Shown here: piece by piece, positions 32,721 to 49,200 of the stretch
Numbering within the stretch: position 1 is the first letter of the stretch
Layout of the letters: every line of letters begins with the position of its first letter
Source of the DNA: the human T2T-CHM13v2.0 reference genome, Homo sapiens
DNA length: 64,000 bases
Direction: 5' to 3' (one strand)
Assembly: GCF_009914755.1 (NCBI RefSeq)
Contig: NC_060942.1
Notes under the pieces: generated by a model
What the model saw: only the letters and a program-made list of their open reading frames with translations
Told to the model about the DNA's origin: nothing
Databases searched by the model: none
Position numbers and translations under genes: made by a program

Positions 32721-32928
32721 CAGAGTTTCTCAACCTCAACACTATTGTCATTTTTGGCTTGATAATTTTTTCTTGTGGAATCCTGTGCAGTATTTTTAGC
32801 ACCATCCCTAGCCTCTACCCACTAGATGCTATTAGCACCCTTCCAAGTCGTCACTAGCAAAGTGTCTCCAGACATTACCAAGTGTCCGTTGGGAGTGAGG
32901 GGAGAATTACCCCTGCTCAAAACCACTG
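32721..32928 (+). mobile_element. MER20 (hAT-Charlie MITE)
   Basis: cagagtttctcaacctcaacactattgtcatttttgg...aaaaccactg, 8-bp TSD ctctgtat/ctctatat. Confidence 0.88.
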
Positions 32929-34811
32929 CTCTATATCAGACAAAGAGCTTCTCAGAGGACCACACCATATTGCTTCTTGTATTTCCAGTGCTCAGCACAG
33001 TGTTCATTGAATCACTAAATAACCCAGGATTTGAAGGTTCACTAATGTGGAGTGGATTCAGTCTTTCCTCTACCACCTCCCTTCTCTCTAAAATCTCTAC
33101 AGAATGAATGTTGAGAGTCCCCTGATAGCTAGAATTATTCAAAACATGGAGGAAGTGGTGGGCAGATAGAGGAGGAACCTGACTTCCTCCTGTATTGTCA
33201 CCATTGACTTGCTGTGTGACCTTAGGTGACTGACTGACTTATCTCTCATCTTCAACTTGGTTTTAGTTTTAAAATTGGTATAATAGGGTTGTAATGAAGT
33301 TAAATGGGATAACAGATTTGAAAACATTCATCACAATAGTTGTTCAACATACATAGTTTAATACTCTTGATTGATTGATTCATGCATTCATTCAGCACAT
33401 ATTGAATGCATACTCTAAGCTAGGCCCCAAGCTACAACCAGCTGGAGAGGGCATCAGTTACACCCACACCCAGTGGGCCCTGGCATTGGGGAGTTCCTAC
33501 CTGATGTGGGAGAAAAGTGCGTAGTTCATTGTGTTGAGCCTTTTACTACCTAAGGTATGAACCAAGTGAGAGAGAACCCCAAGAGCCAAACTGACCTGAA
33601 GGGTTGTTGGGAAGGCTTTTCAGAAGAGAGAGGCTTGACATTAGGAGGACGGTGGGGAAGAACACCCCAGGCAAAGGGAGCAGCCTGTGCAGATGCAGGT
33701 GGGCATGGCCACTGTGTGGAGAGAATAGTGAGATGTGGGCCAAGTTGGATCGTGATGAGGGAAGAGGGTTCAAAATAGCTTAGAATCTACACGAGCATGA
33801 ACATTTCTGAAATGAGGGCTTGTTCATCACAGTGACCCAAGGTTGATTAGGGCAGTTTTTTTTTTCTTCTTTTCATTTTCTCATTATCAGTCTTATCCTT
33901 GTTCTTATGGAGTGGAGCCTCCCAGAATCTCACCTTGTTTCCATTCATTTACAAGTGTGTTAAGGGTTTCAGCATATCTAGAAGGGTGTGTTATACTAGG
34001 AGCTCTTTGGACTTTTGCATTTTCTTTCCTTCACTTGGTGTAAACTATGTTCACATGTATCTTTGATACATTCATTTGGGATGAAATGAGCAGGGTTTTG
34101 TTATCTGTCCCTTACCAGTGAAAGGAATACTGCTTGTGTTATCTGTTTGCTGTCTACAACACCTTATTGAGGTAGGCAGTCTTTTCTTTATTTGGAAGAT
34201 AGAAGGATTGATACTAGGGAAGCTGAGTCTTGTAAAGGTCTGTACAATGGAGGAACACTCCTGGTCTTGTTACTTTGGTAACTTGGCCCTTTGGGAAGAG
34301 TTGAAAATCAATCTCTTTTGTGCTGCTGTTGTGGAAGCTCTTAATATATTGATCTTCTAACCTCTTAATATATTAATACTATTTGGATATTATTATTCAG
34401 GCATTATCCAGTAAGACATGGTCTACAGAAATATCTTTGAAAGATATTTTCTTTATCAAAGGCATGACCTAAACATCTATACTTAATGGTTACAACTTAC
34501 TGTAATTAAGTGATTTCTATTTTATTTATATCATATTAAATTATAACGTAATATGAAACCTTAAAACCTCAGTCAAATGTCTCTAGTTTATGCTTATTAA
34601 CATACTTGTTAATGAAAACATATGAAAAGTCAAATAACATGAAGTCTGTGACTGTATTGTCATTCACACCTACCCATGAAGTCTTATCCTGTCTAAAATA
34701 AAATATTTAAGATGAATAATAGTATATATTGTCTAATTCCAACATAAATGGATTCTCTGATGAAACTCACTTGTATTATCCTAACTCTTAATGTTAAGTA
34801 ACAGCAAAACA

Positions 34812-34826
34812 ACAGCAGAGGGCACC
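34812..34826 (+). promoter_or_regulatory. Candidate CTCF motif
   Basis: acagcagagggcacc closely matches the CTCF core CCASYAGRKGGCRS. Motif match only. Confidence 0.4.
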
Positions 34827-35330
34827 AAATATCCATTTCAGTCTCCACAGTTTCTTGATATTTTCTAATTTTTATGCCTCCCTTTTCACTCTCTGCCTTT
34901 CTCCTTCTTCCTTCCTTCCTTCCTTTTTTCTAGTACTTAAAATATTTAATATTGAAACATTAATATTGTGCATATTTTTTAGTAGATGATGAGGTTTTTC
35001 CCTTAGCTATTTAAAAATTACATCAAGACATCAATTTGTTTTTATTCAGTGACCGTTTTACATTTAACATGCATCAGAATTTCAGAAATTCTTTTAAAAA
35101 CTTTTATTCAATAAATATACTAAATCAAGAGTAAAATTATAAAATATTTAATTTATTTTTCCTGCCAAAATATTATTAGGCAATAAACCGTTTTTCACAT
35201 TTAGGAAATTTAAAATTATTCAGAACATGCAATGTAATATGGCTACATAATTTTGTAAAACAGCATACTAACATTTGTCAAGTGTTTTTTGTTTTCCATT
35301 TCAAGACTCAAAGTATTAATATCTATAGAA

Positions 35331-35372
<42 letters not shown>
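35331..35372. repeat. (GT)n microsatellite, one interruption
   Basis: Read directly from the sequence. Confidence 0.95.
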
Positions 35373-35374
<2 letters not shown>

Positions 35375-35963
35375 GATTTGTAATATTTCCTAGCTTTGTT
35401 CTTAGTATCCTTAATCTCTGCTTTCAAAGGAGATTCTGATTTTTTTTTAAATTATTAACTCTTCTGCTTTATACTTTAGCATGAAAATCAGCCTATGTCT
35501 GTACTGCTTGCTGGTATAAATAAACTCTTTTTAATTAACAATAGGAACCATTTGATATCACTATAGATTGGACTCAGTGCTCATTCAAGATAAATAGTAA
35601 ATTATTTTATAAGGTGTTTTAAAATCCTCTTGAAAACTGTAATATTAAAAAATGATTCTGAAATAAGTAAGCTTTGAGTCAGGATCATTGAAGTGAATGG
35701 TGGAAGAGTACAATTATTGCCATTGTTTTACGTTTCTCTTTGTCACAGGATAAAATGAAATACACTGAAAATATCATTATAATATTGGTTTTAGGAAAGA
35801 AAGCTTTCAGGTATTTCATCAGACATGATTTAACCCTAGAATATATTAAAATATTTAATAATAAACATTATAAATATATAATAATGATAAGGATTCATCA
35901 ACATGTTTTCCTCTGCAGATTCTAAGTTATTGCTTTTTTGTTGCTGGAGGCTACTGTGTATGG

Positions 35964-35997
35964 GTGTGTGTGTGTGTGCGTGTGTGTGTCTGTGTGT
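35964..35997. repeat. Imperfect (GT)n microsatellite
   Basis: Read directly from the sequence. Confidence 0.9.
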
Positions 35998-38018
35998 TTA
36001 TGTGCCAAAAAATATCCATGCTTGAATACAGGTTAATCTCATGAATCATAGTTCTGTTGTTTTCCTTGGGTTTTCACTTGACAATTTTACCTGCTACTCT
36101 TAACCTGTAATTGTCACAGGTTCACTTTCAGCAATGAGGAAGCAATCCAATATTTTTTTCCTGTGGCTTTATTTCTGTAATATTTTAAGTCAGATTCCTT
36201 ATTTAAAATCTGAAATGGTTAGATCTGTATTTAAAGTTACAACTGACTTGGTTCTTACACTGAAAATGTCAAATATGTCTATCTTACTACCCTTCTAAGT
36301 AAGTGTGTGTAGATGTATGTATTTTGCATTTATCGTTGAATCTTACTAGCAAATTTGAGGTCTTTTCATTTGTATATACCTTATAATTTAACTTTCCTAG
36401 TTGGCTTTCTTCATAAGGACAGAGGCTTTATTTTGTCCCAAGCATCTTGCACATAAAAGGCACTCCACAAATATTTGTTAAACTGAATTTAATCTTCTTC
36501 CACGATAATGTAAAGGTGAGTTTGTGAGCACACATTTCAAATGTTCTTAATAAAGGTAGCAGCGGAAACATACTAAGCTTCCTGCTAGAGAATTTTCTGG
36601 ATCCGATAGTCCGTATTTGACATTGTTAAGAATATAAGCTCATTTGAATGAATTAGTGTGCTCTAGACATGAATATCTTATGACTAAGCCAAGAGACTTA
36701 TGAGTTTGATAGATGTTTTAATTTCCCTATAGATAAGCTTAGTGTACTATATTACAATATCAGACATGTTGGTGATTAATGCTGCCATCTCCATGCATTT
36801 AGCCAAAATATCCTCACAACTTTGCTGCATACCTATATTTTGTTGTAACAAGACTTTGTTGGGTCAGTTAAATCTATTGTCAGGTATTACAAGTTATGCA
36901 GGACTTGGTGAAAACAGAAATTATAGTTTATCTGTAGGACTTGGAGGTTACTCATTTTCTCTCCTTTTTAGTCTCCTCCTGTTATCTTCTCATCTGTTTT
37001 TGTTCCTGTTTTTTTTTCTTTTTTTAAACTCTTTTTCTGTGGATTACTGTTAGCTATAGTTTTTGCTACAATGACACAATCAGTGCACTAAGAAGCTCTA
37101 ATAAGAGGAATCACACGAAATTGCATCCCGATATCATTGTCCCAGACACTAGATGACCTTTCAGGTGTCCATGCACATGGGCTGTCTGCTGGCACACCTC
37201 CCAGGAAGGGACAGAAGCATTCACAGATCTGCAGGTGCCGAAAGCGGGCATGTGGGGTTGACACCAGGTGAGAGAGCTTAAAGGGCTATCTTGAGGCTAC
37301 CACTCTTGCCTCCTTTTTTCTTCAAGTCACTTGTGCTGCTTCAATAATTTCTTTACCAAGCATGTTTGATTTTATATTCTTTGGTAGTAATGGTCTTTAT
37401 CTTTATCCTAAAAGAATTTTGCAGCTATTTCCCAGAGAGGCAGCATCTGCCAAAGCACTGTGGTGGGCTCTTCTTTTACCTAATGTTGTTATTACCTATT
37501 CCTTCATACCCAGTGTCAGGTCTGTCTACCTAATATTGATATATGATGATATTTTATCTTTTGCTGTGACATAACCAGCCGTAATACCTAGTCTGGTGCC
37601 TAGGCCATAACAACAGCTTTGTATGTGGTAGCTATCATTATTAATAATAATTTTTGTATCAATATTATTTTAGATAAGATATTGTATGTAATTTTATGTA
37701 GTATTCACTTTAACTAGTGTTGGTAGGTAAAAATCAGTAAGCATAGTGTCTGACATTACTCATTCAGCATTTGAAAAAGAAAATATCAAGCACAGTGCTA
37801 TGAGAAATAAAAGGGTAATGTACACATTTTTCAATCTGTCATGTTTTCTACATGCTCAGTGCTATTGCATACTTTTATCTTCCCTCATCTGGATGGTTTC
37901 AGTTGCCTTCCATTTCACATTCATTAGTGATCTTGCTCCCTTTAGCCAACATTGCTGGTAGATAAATGTTTATACAATTAAGTTTGATCATGTTACTCCC
38001 CTCATTAAAGCCTTTAGA

Positions 38019-38164
38019 CAACAGTTCTCAAACTTTACTGCATAAAGTAGTCTGGGGTGCTCATTAGATTCTGACGCGTTCCTAAAGATACTGGTTCAGG
38101 TCTGATATCAGGCCCAGGAAGCTGTATTTAACAAGCACTCCTGGTGATTCTGAGAAAAATACTG
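38019..38164. mobile_element. MER5A-like hAT MITE
   Basis: cagttctcaaactttactgcata...ggcccaggaagctgtatttaacaagcactcctggtgattctga, flanked by ctttag on both sides. Confidence 0.75.
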
Positions 38165-39184
38165 CTTTAGTGGCTCCCGAGCCTGCAGGATAAAGCCATG
38201 CCTTGCATTCTCCATCTTGGACACTTGTTTCAGCAGTATCCATCATGTGATACTTCTGTCTTTGTCCTGTTTCACATCTGGCCATTGTTCTGCCAGGAGT
38301 GCTCTTTCATTGCTCATTACATCTTCCATGCGGGTTTCCCGGTCACCCGAGATGGAGCTGGTACTTTCTCCATTGCGTCCCCTTCTTGTGCCTTGCCATC
38401 TCTCTTTATGGCACCATTCATCCAACATTATAATAACTTATGTACGCATCATCATCTGTTTTGAGTTCCATGACTAGAAAAACCATTTCTGACTCGTCTT
38501 GGTTCCCTCAATACCCTGCGCAAACACAAGACATAATAGGTGTTAGGCAGCTGGGGGAATGAATGAATTAAATACGAGAATGAGATTTGGAAAGTCTTGA
38601 TTTTTTTCTGCATTTGTAACTTTATGATTGTGTAGTGCAAATTTATCACATTATTTATGTATTTTAGGATGCTTAACTGTAGTATAGAAATACTTAGAAC
38701 AGAAGTTTACCCACAGGAAGTAGTGATAGATCTGCTTGAAAAATTTGTAAGTAATTTTCAGAAGAGAAGCCACTTGAAATACTTCTTGCAGGATGAGTAG
38801 AAGTATGTATGACTTGAGTGGCAGAAGAGAGATTCCGGAGGGAGCATGATTCTGGCATAAGCATATGCAGAAATACAAATGTCTGAAACTACTTGGTTCT
38901 GAAAGTACAAGTGGTTTGATTTGGCAGAAGTTATAGGGATTGTGGTGAGAGATGAACTTGGAAGGGTAAGCAGCAGTATATCTTGAAAGATGTTTTGTGC
39001 TTTGCAGGTAAGTCTGGATTTTATCCTTGGGTTCAACAGAATGTTGAAGTCTCTTAAGCTAGAAAGAAACGTGGTCAGATGGGAGGAAATTAAGACAGAA
39101 GGGAGACCAGTTAAGGGGATTTGTGGTAATTTTATGTCAGAAGAGCTGATTGGCAATTTAAAATAATTTTCCTAAAAAAATTTT

Positions 39185-39283
39185 AAGGCTAGTCAAGTGA
39201 AGCAGTGGGAGTGGAGAGGGAACAAAGAAATCTGTAACTGGTTGGACCAATTAGTTCTAAACACCACTACACTTGGACCAGCC
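39185..39283 (-). pseudogene. Y3 RNA (RNY3) retropseudogene
   Basis: The reverse complement ggctggtccaagtgtagtggtgtttagaactaattggtccaaccagttacagatttctttgttccctctccactcccactgcttcacttgactagcctt matches hY3 (as recalled) with about 6 differences. Short A tail. Degenerate TSD at 39155-39175 and 39284-39304 (18/21 identical). Confidence 0.93.
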
Positions 39284-39859
39284 AATTTTATATAATTTTC
39301 ATAATAGTCTTTGTTCATTCTGCTAGGTGCTGTAATAGGTTTAAGACTCTACAAGATGAGTAAGACATGATTGGTCCCTGATTTTGAAATGTTCCTGTAG
39401 AGTATAGGAAAATGCAAATATCTAGAACAACAAATTATATAAATGTGGCAAAGACATACAAATATGTGATACATAGTAGACATAAAATGTTGTGGGAGTT
39501 GGATTCACTGTGGACTAACTTCCTTGGCAGAATTAGTCTCTTTCTCCCACCCCCCTCCCCCCACCAAATTTACTGGGGGACAACTGACAAATTGTCAATT
39601 GTGTATATCCTAGGTATAGAGTGTGATGATTTGATATACATATATTTGTGGAATAATAGGGTGTCGATGGAAGAGAAGGGATTGGAGTGGAGTAAAGGAA
39701 GAGCATTTTGGGAAGGGGAATAAGTAAACGTATTTATATGTGAGGGGCCATAGTTTTGGTACTAGGGCCTATTTGTTAAAGCTCGGAAGGTATTTGATGT
39801 CAGACTGTAATGGACCTTGAAGATTGTGCTAAAGGAGTTCACATTTTATTCTAGAGCTT

Positions 39860-40202
39860 TATTTTCTAATTATTAAAATATATATTGATTATATGATTAT
39901 ATACAATCTAAGAAATATATAGCAATACAAATTAGATTGTATATGATTATATGTAATCTAAGAAATATATAGCAATACAAACAAAATGTTCTATAATTCC
40001 ATCACAAGATTGTAATTACTATTAATATTTTCACACATTTCTTTCCAGTCACATATATATGTATGTTTGTGTGTATATATGTACACACACACTTTGGTCC
40101 GGGAAAGTACAAGTGGTTTGATTTGGCAGAAGTTATAGGGATTGTGGTGAGAGGTGAAATTGGAAGGGTAAGCAGCAGTATATCTTGGAGGATGTTTTGT
40201 GC

Positions 40203-40257
<55 letters not shown>

Positions 40258-41290
40258 ATGTATATACATATATATGTGTGTATATATACGTATATATGTG
40301 TGTATATATGTGTGTGTATATATACACGTATATATGTGTATATATACGTGTATATATACACATATATACACACACAAATATATATAAGCAGTCTTTCTTG
40401 CCATGCCATATATAATGTGTGTGTATGTATATATGTATATATACTTAAGCATTAAATATGTGAAATTGGAACCATAACTGGTGTGTGTGTGTATGTGTGC
40501 ACGCGTGTGCGTGTACGTGTGGATGAGTGTATAGTTTCATCTCACTTAAAATTCGACTATGGGTATTTTTCTACATGGTTAGATGTGCCCAGAAAAGATG
40601 ATTTATAAATTCTGCAATATTTATTATATGTCAATGCATAAATTATTTACTAGTTTCCTTACTGTTAGATATTTAGGTGGTTTCCAATTTAAAATATTCG
40701 ATACAGTTTCACTGAACATCTTTGAACATAAATCCTTGTCTGTATTTCTGACTGTTTAAGATAGGATCCTGGAAATAAATATATTGGATCAAACAATATC
40801 AATCATAAAGGCTTATAAGGTATTTTGCCAAATTACTCTTTTAAAACTATTCAAATTCACAGCTGCAGTGTATGAGTTTGACTTTCTCTATACTGTTTTT
40901 AGTGTTTACTGTTTGCTAATAAGTTAATAAGATAAAACACTTATCTTGTAGTTATTTTAACTGTTATTTACTTGACAACCAATTTGAGCAGGTTTTCCCT
41001 ATATTCTCCCTTTATGTTTCTTTTACTGTCTTTGGTCTTCATAGTTTTTTTCTTTTTTTTTTCTTTTGGCAATAGTATTATTGCTTTTAAGAAATGTTTG
41101 TATCTGTTACAACTCTTCATTAGTCCTATTTCTGGAACATTTTATTCCTATTTTTTAGTTGTCATTTAACATGTTTTTTATCGTAGTGAACTTTTAAGTA
41201 TGTTTAGAAAGTCCATTCTCATCTCAAGATCAGTTAGATATTCACCTATATTGTGATTTAGTTTTTAAGAATTTTGTATTGTCTATTTTT
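39860..41290 (-). mobile_element. Old L1M 3' end fragment containing expanded TA/TG repeats and a templated insertion
   Basis: tgttagatatttaggtggtttccaattt...tgaacatctttgaacataaatccttg...ttttgccaaattactc, antisense L1M 3' motifs. Confidence 0.6.
40205..40443. repeat. Compound (TG)18 / (TA,TG,CA)n low-complexity array
   Basis: Perfect (TG)18 at 40205-40240 followed by mixed purine-pyrimidine alternation. Confidence 0.95.
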
Positions 41291-42522
41291 CTTAATAATT
41301 CATGATAATGGAAATTTTTTGGTAGAGTGACATGATTAGATTTTTGCCTCAGAAGGAAGTCTGTAGTTCTGTGGAGGTCACATATGTTGGAGTAAGAGAC
41401 CAGGGACAGTGAAACCTGTCTTGAGGAGCAAAGATAAGTGGTCTGAATTTCTGTCGTGACAGCGGGATAGGAAGAAAACAGAATGATTTCCAGCTGATGA
41501 ATCAGGAGGCCCAGGAGGTTTAGTGAGGGGTGGAGATGAGAACGTAAAAATGTGAGGTAGGTACTGTGGGATATCCCAATACAAGCCATTGGAGATACAG
41601 GATTGAAACTCCTTTAGGAGACTGGTCTGGCTGATGATGGAAATTAGAGAGCCATCTACATATAGGTGATAGTTCCCATGTAGGGGGAAGAGTGAGTTAT
41701 CAGGGCAGCTGCCTGAGAGGGAGAGATTGACAGAGGTAGAAGACTTACCAGGAGGTACTCTCCAGATAAATCTTTATTACCCTCCAGGATGCTGGAGAGG
41801 TGGCTTCTTATTCTTTCTTTTAGTTCTTTCTTTGTCTCTTTATTTTTCTTTCTATCTCGGGAAAAAATAACAATGTCATATACTGCAAAGACATTAAGGA
41901 AGAGAGGGACTGAAGAATTTTCATTGGAGTAGTCTACTACTTTCAGTAAATTTTGCTAAAAGGGACAGAAATTTGGCTAGAAGAGGAGAGAAATAGAAAA
42001 GGGAGCATGGTCAAAAGATAGCATTTTTTAAAGGATCTAAGTAGACTGTAATATGTTCTTTATTCAGGGAATGGAATCTTTGAATAGGGAGAGATTGAAG
42101 GTAAAATGGAAAAAGGAGGGATATGATGGTTGTAGCAACTTAAAGGATCAGGAGCCACGATAAACGGATTATTCCATCAGGTGGAACAGTAGTTTATTTT
42201 CAGAGACAGGATTTGCTCATAAATTATTGAAACACATTTTAATCATTACTGTGAGTAAAGAGACTCCCTGCTTCAATAATAAACTATTATTTTCTTGGTT
42301 TTTAAACTAATTGGCAATTTTGTGATTGTTTCAGCATAAAGTTCTTCTAATTGTGTAAGCTGATATCTTTTACATGCTGCTGATTGGCAAAGTTAGTATG
42401 TTACTTTTCATGATATAGGTTCCTAGAAGGACAGCTTAATAAGCATGTTAATTCCTCTGATTATTTATTGTTTATTAATGAATGTATGAAATTAAGCACT
42501 TTTAATTATAACTATCTTTTAA

Positions 42523-43506
<984 letters not shown>

Positions 43507-43644
43507 TGATTGGCATACTTAGATGTTTTTTAAAAATTTGGAATGAGGGAGTTGGTCATATAGACTAGCTCTTGTAAATATAATTATAAAATTGTATACG
43601 TACTTGAAGTTTGCCCTAATATTCAATTCAAAATATATATTTGA

Positions 43645-43961
<317 letters not shown>

Positions 43962-44189
43962 TCATTGTAACATATGTAATGATTGACGTGTTCAGAGATT
44001 TGGCTTCAGAATTTTGTGAGAAGTATAGTCAGAATTTTTCAATAGAGAAAGAAAAAACTATTTAAAATGCAGGAGAATACTATTTTAATATTTCCAGAAT
44101 ACTTAGCCTCAATTTGTCTTTTTATGGAGACAACTTTTTATTATACTCTATTGAGCATTTACCATATGAAGAATTAAAAACAATTCTAA

Positions 44190-44420
44190 CAAATACTTAT
44201 ATAGCACTTACTTTGTGTCAGTCTCTGTTGTAAGTACTTTATAAAAACTAATTTGTTAGTTCCCTTAACCCTATGAGGTATGTACTTTTATTATCCCTTT
44301 TATTACGGAGAACAAAACTGAGACACAGAGAGATGATGTAACGTGCCCAAGGTAACATAGCTAGTAAGTGGTAGTGTCAGAATTCACAACTGAGACAGTC
44401 TGCCTCTATAGTCCAAGATT
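44190..44420 (-). mobile_element. MIR
   Basis: aaatacttatatagcacttactttgtgtcag...aaccctatgaggta...aaaactgagacacagagag...gcccaaggtaacatagctagtaagtgg. Confidence 0.85.
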
Positions 44421-44763
44421 TCTTAATGCCTGAAGACTGTTTTCAGGTTTTTGGGTTGAATGTTTTTAATCTATCTTTCTATGAATTCACTTGGATTAAT
44501 GCTGTGGAGTAGACTGAAATCTCAGCATCTGAATATTGAAGAACAAAGGGTTAAGTATGATGTTAGAAAATATTTCTTAAACTAATATGAAGCACAAATT
44601 GCACATGTCAGATTTTTACTTGCTAATCATTTACTCATTTGAAATGGAAAACGTTAATAGGTCCAAACCAAAAAAAATCTTTCTGGAATGGTAAATTGAA
44701 AATGTTCTATATATGTTTCTTTTGTGATTCGTTTAGAAGTAGAAAATTTTTTATTTTAAATAG

Positions 44764-44925
<162 letters not shown>

Positions 44926-46059
44926 TAAGTAATTGACATGACATTTCAGCTCTAGAAACTGAGGAGGCATAGCTAATGTATAATCATAATATTTGTTTGT
45001 CTTGGATTGTTAAAAGAGAGAAAAGTTGTTATATTCCAGATGTAAATATGGATAATTAAGATGTCAGTTAAGGATAAATCAGATTTATTTAGAAAGTGAT
45101 AAATGAGCATATTTCAGATAATTTTATTATACTGTCTTTGGACTAATTTTTATGCATTGGGGCACCTTAACTTGACAACAGTAGTGTTTTAATTGTGTGT
45201 TTCTTGAGTTTAAAAGTTATACCTATTTTAAACTACATTTATAAATGCTTAAGTTCATAGTTCCATACTACAACTAATCTGCCATTTTCCCATAGTTCAT
45301 GTGTTGTGATTCATAAGTGGAAATCCTTGTTAAGCTATTCTTTTTATCTTTTCTTTTTATTTGAGTCATTATATACCTTAACTTTCACCTATAGCTTTGT
45401 TTTTCATTAGGAGATGGAGGAGAAGAAAGGTTGAGTTTCTCTTCCTCTACTAATAATTTCTACATATTCCTGAGTATAATTAATTAATATACTTAGATGT
45501 ATCTGCATATATCTTTTATATTCCTATTAAGACTGACAAATGAGCTAATCAAGAGAGTTGGGGAGTTATGTCTACTTAGAGAACTTCACTTTGGACAAAG
45601 AGTTAATACTGACTCTTCACAGAATGTGATAGAGAAAAGTAAAGAAGTAAGCAACAGATGGGTTGATGCAGCTTCTGCTTATAAATGGTGGCATACTGGC
45701 ATTTTTCTTCCCTACTTTTTTTTAAGTTTGAAAGAGTCAAACAGTAGTTTTACAAGGTTTGTTAAACAGTAGACCCCCAACTTTATATCTGTAGTTTTCC
45801 TCTTCCACAAGACAAGTACTTTTATCTCTCTTAGCTGATTATTTGAGACTTACTTTAACATCCTTAAATGGTGTGCTTGATTTTCAGCGTTAGGCACTGT
45901 CAGATGGTTCTCATTGTGGAAGATAAACTCCCACACTTTCTATGCCATTTCTATCCATCATTTCCAAACCCACACAGTCACCCTTCTCATTTCTCTGACC
46001 TCTAATTAAAGTTATAAGATCATTATGTAATAGTGTATATTAAGCTATATAAAAGTTTT

Positions 46060-48840
<2,781 letters not shown>

Positions 48841-48849
48841 CCTTAGTAA

Positions 48850-49200
<351 letters not shown>

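Noticed and set aside
39991-40455. Stack of 60-153 aa ORFs on both strands
   Set aside because: Artefact of stop-free TG/TA/CA dinucleotide repeats.
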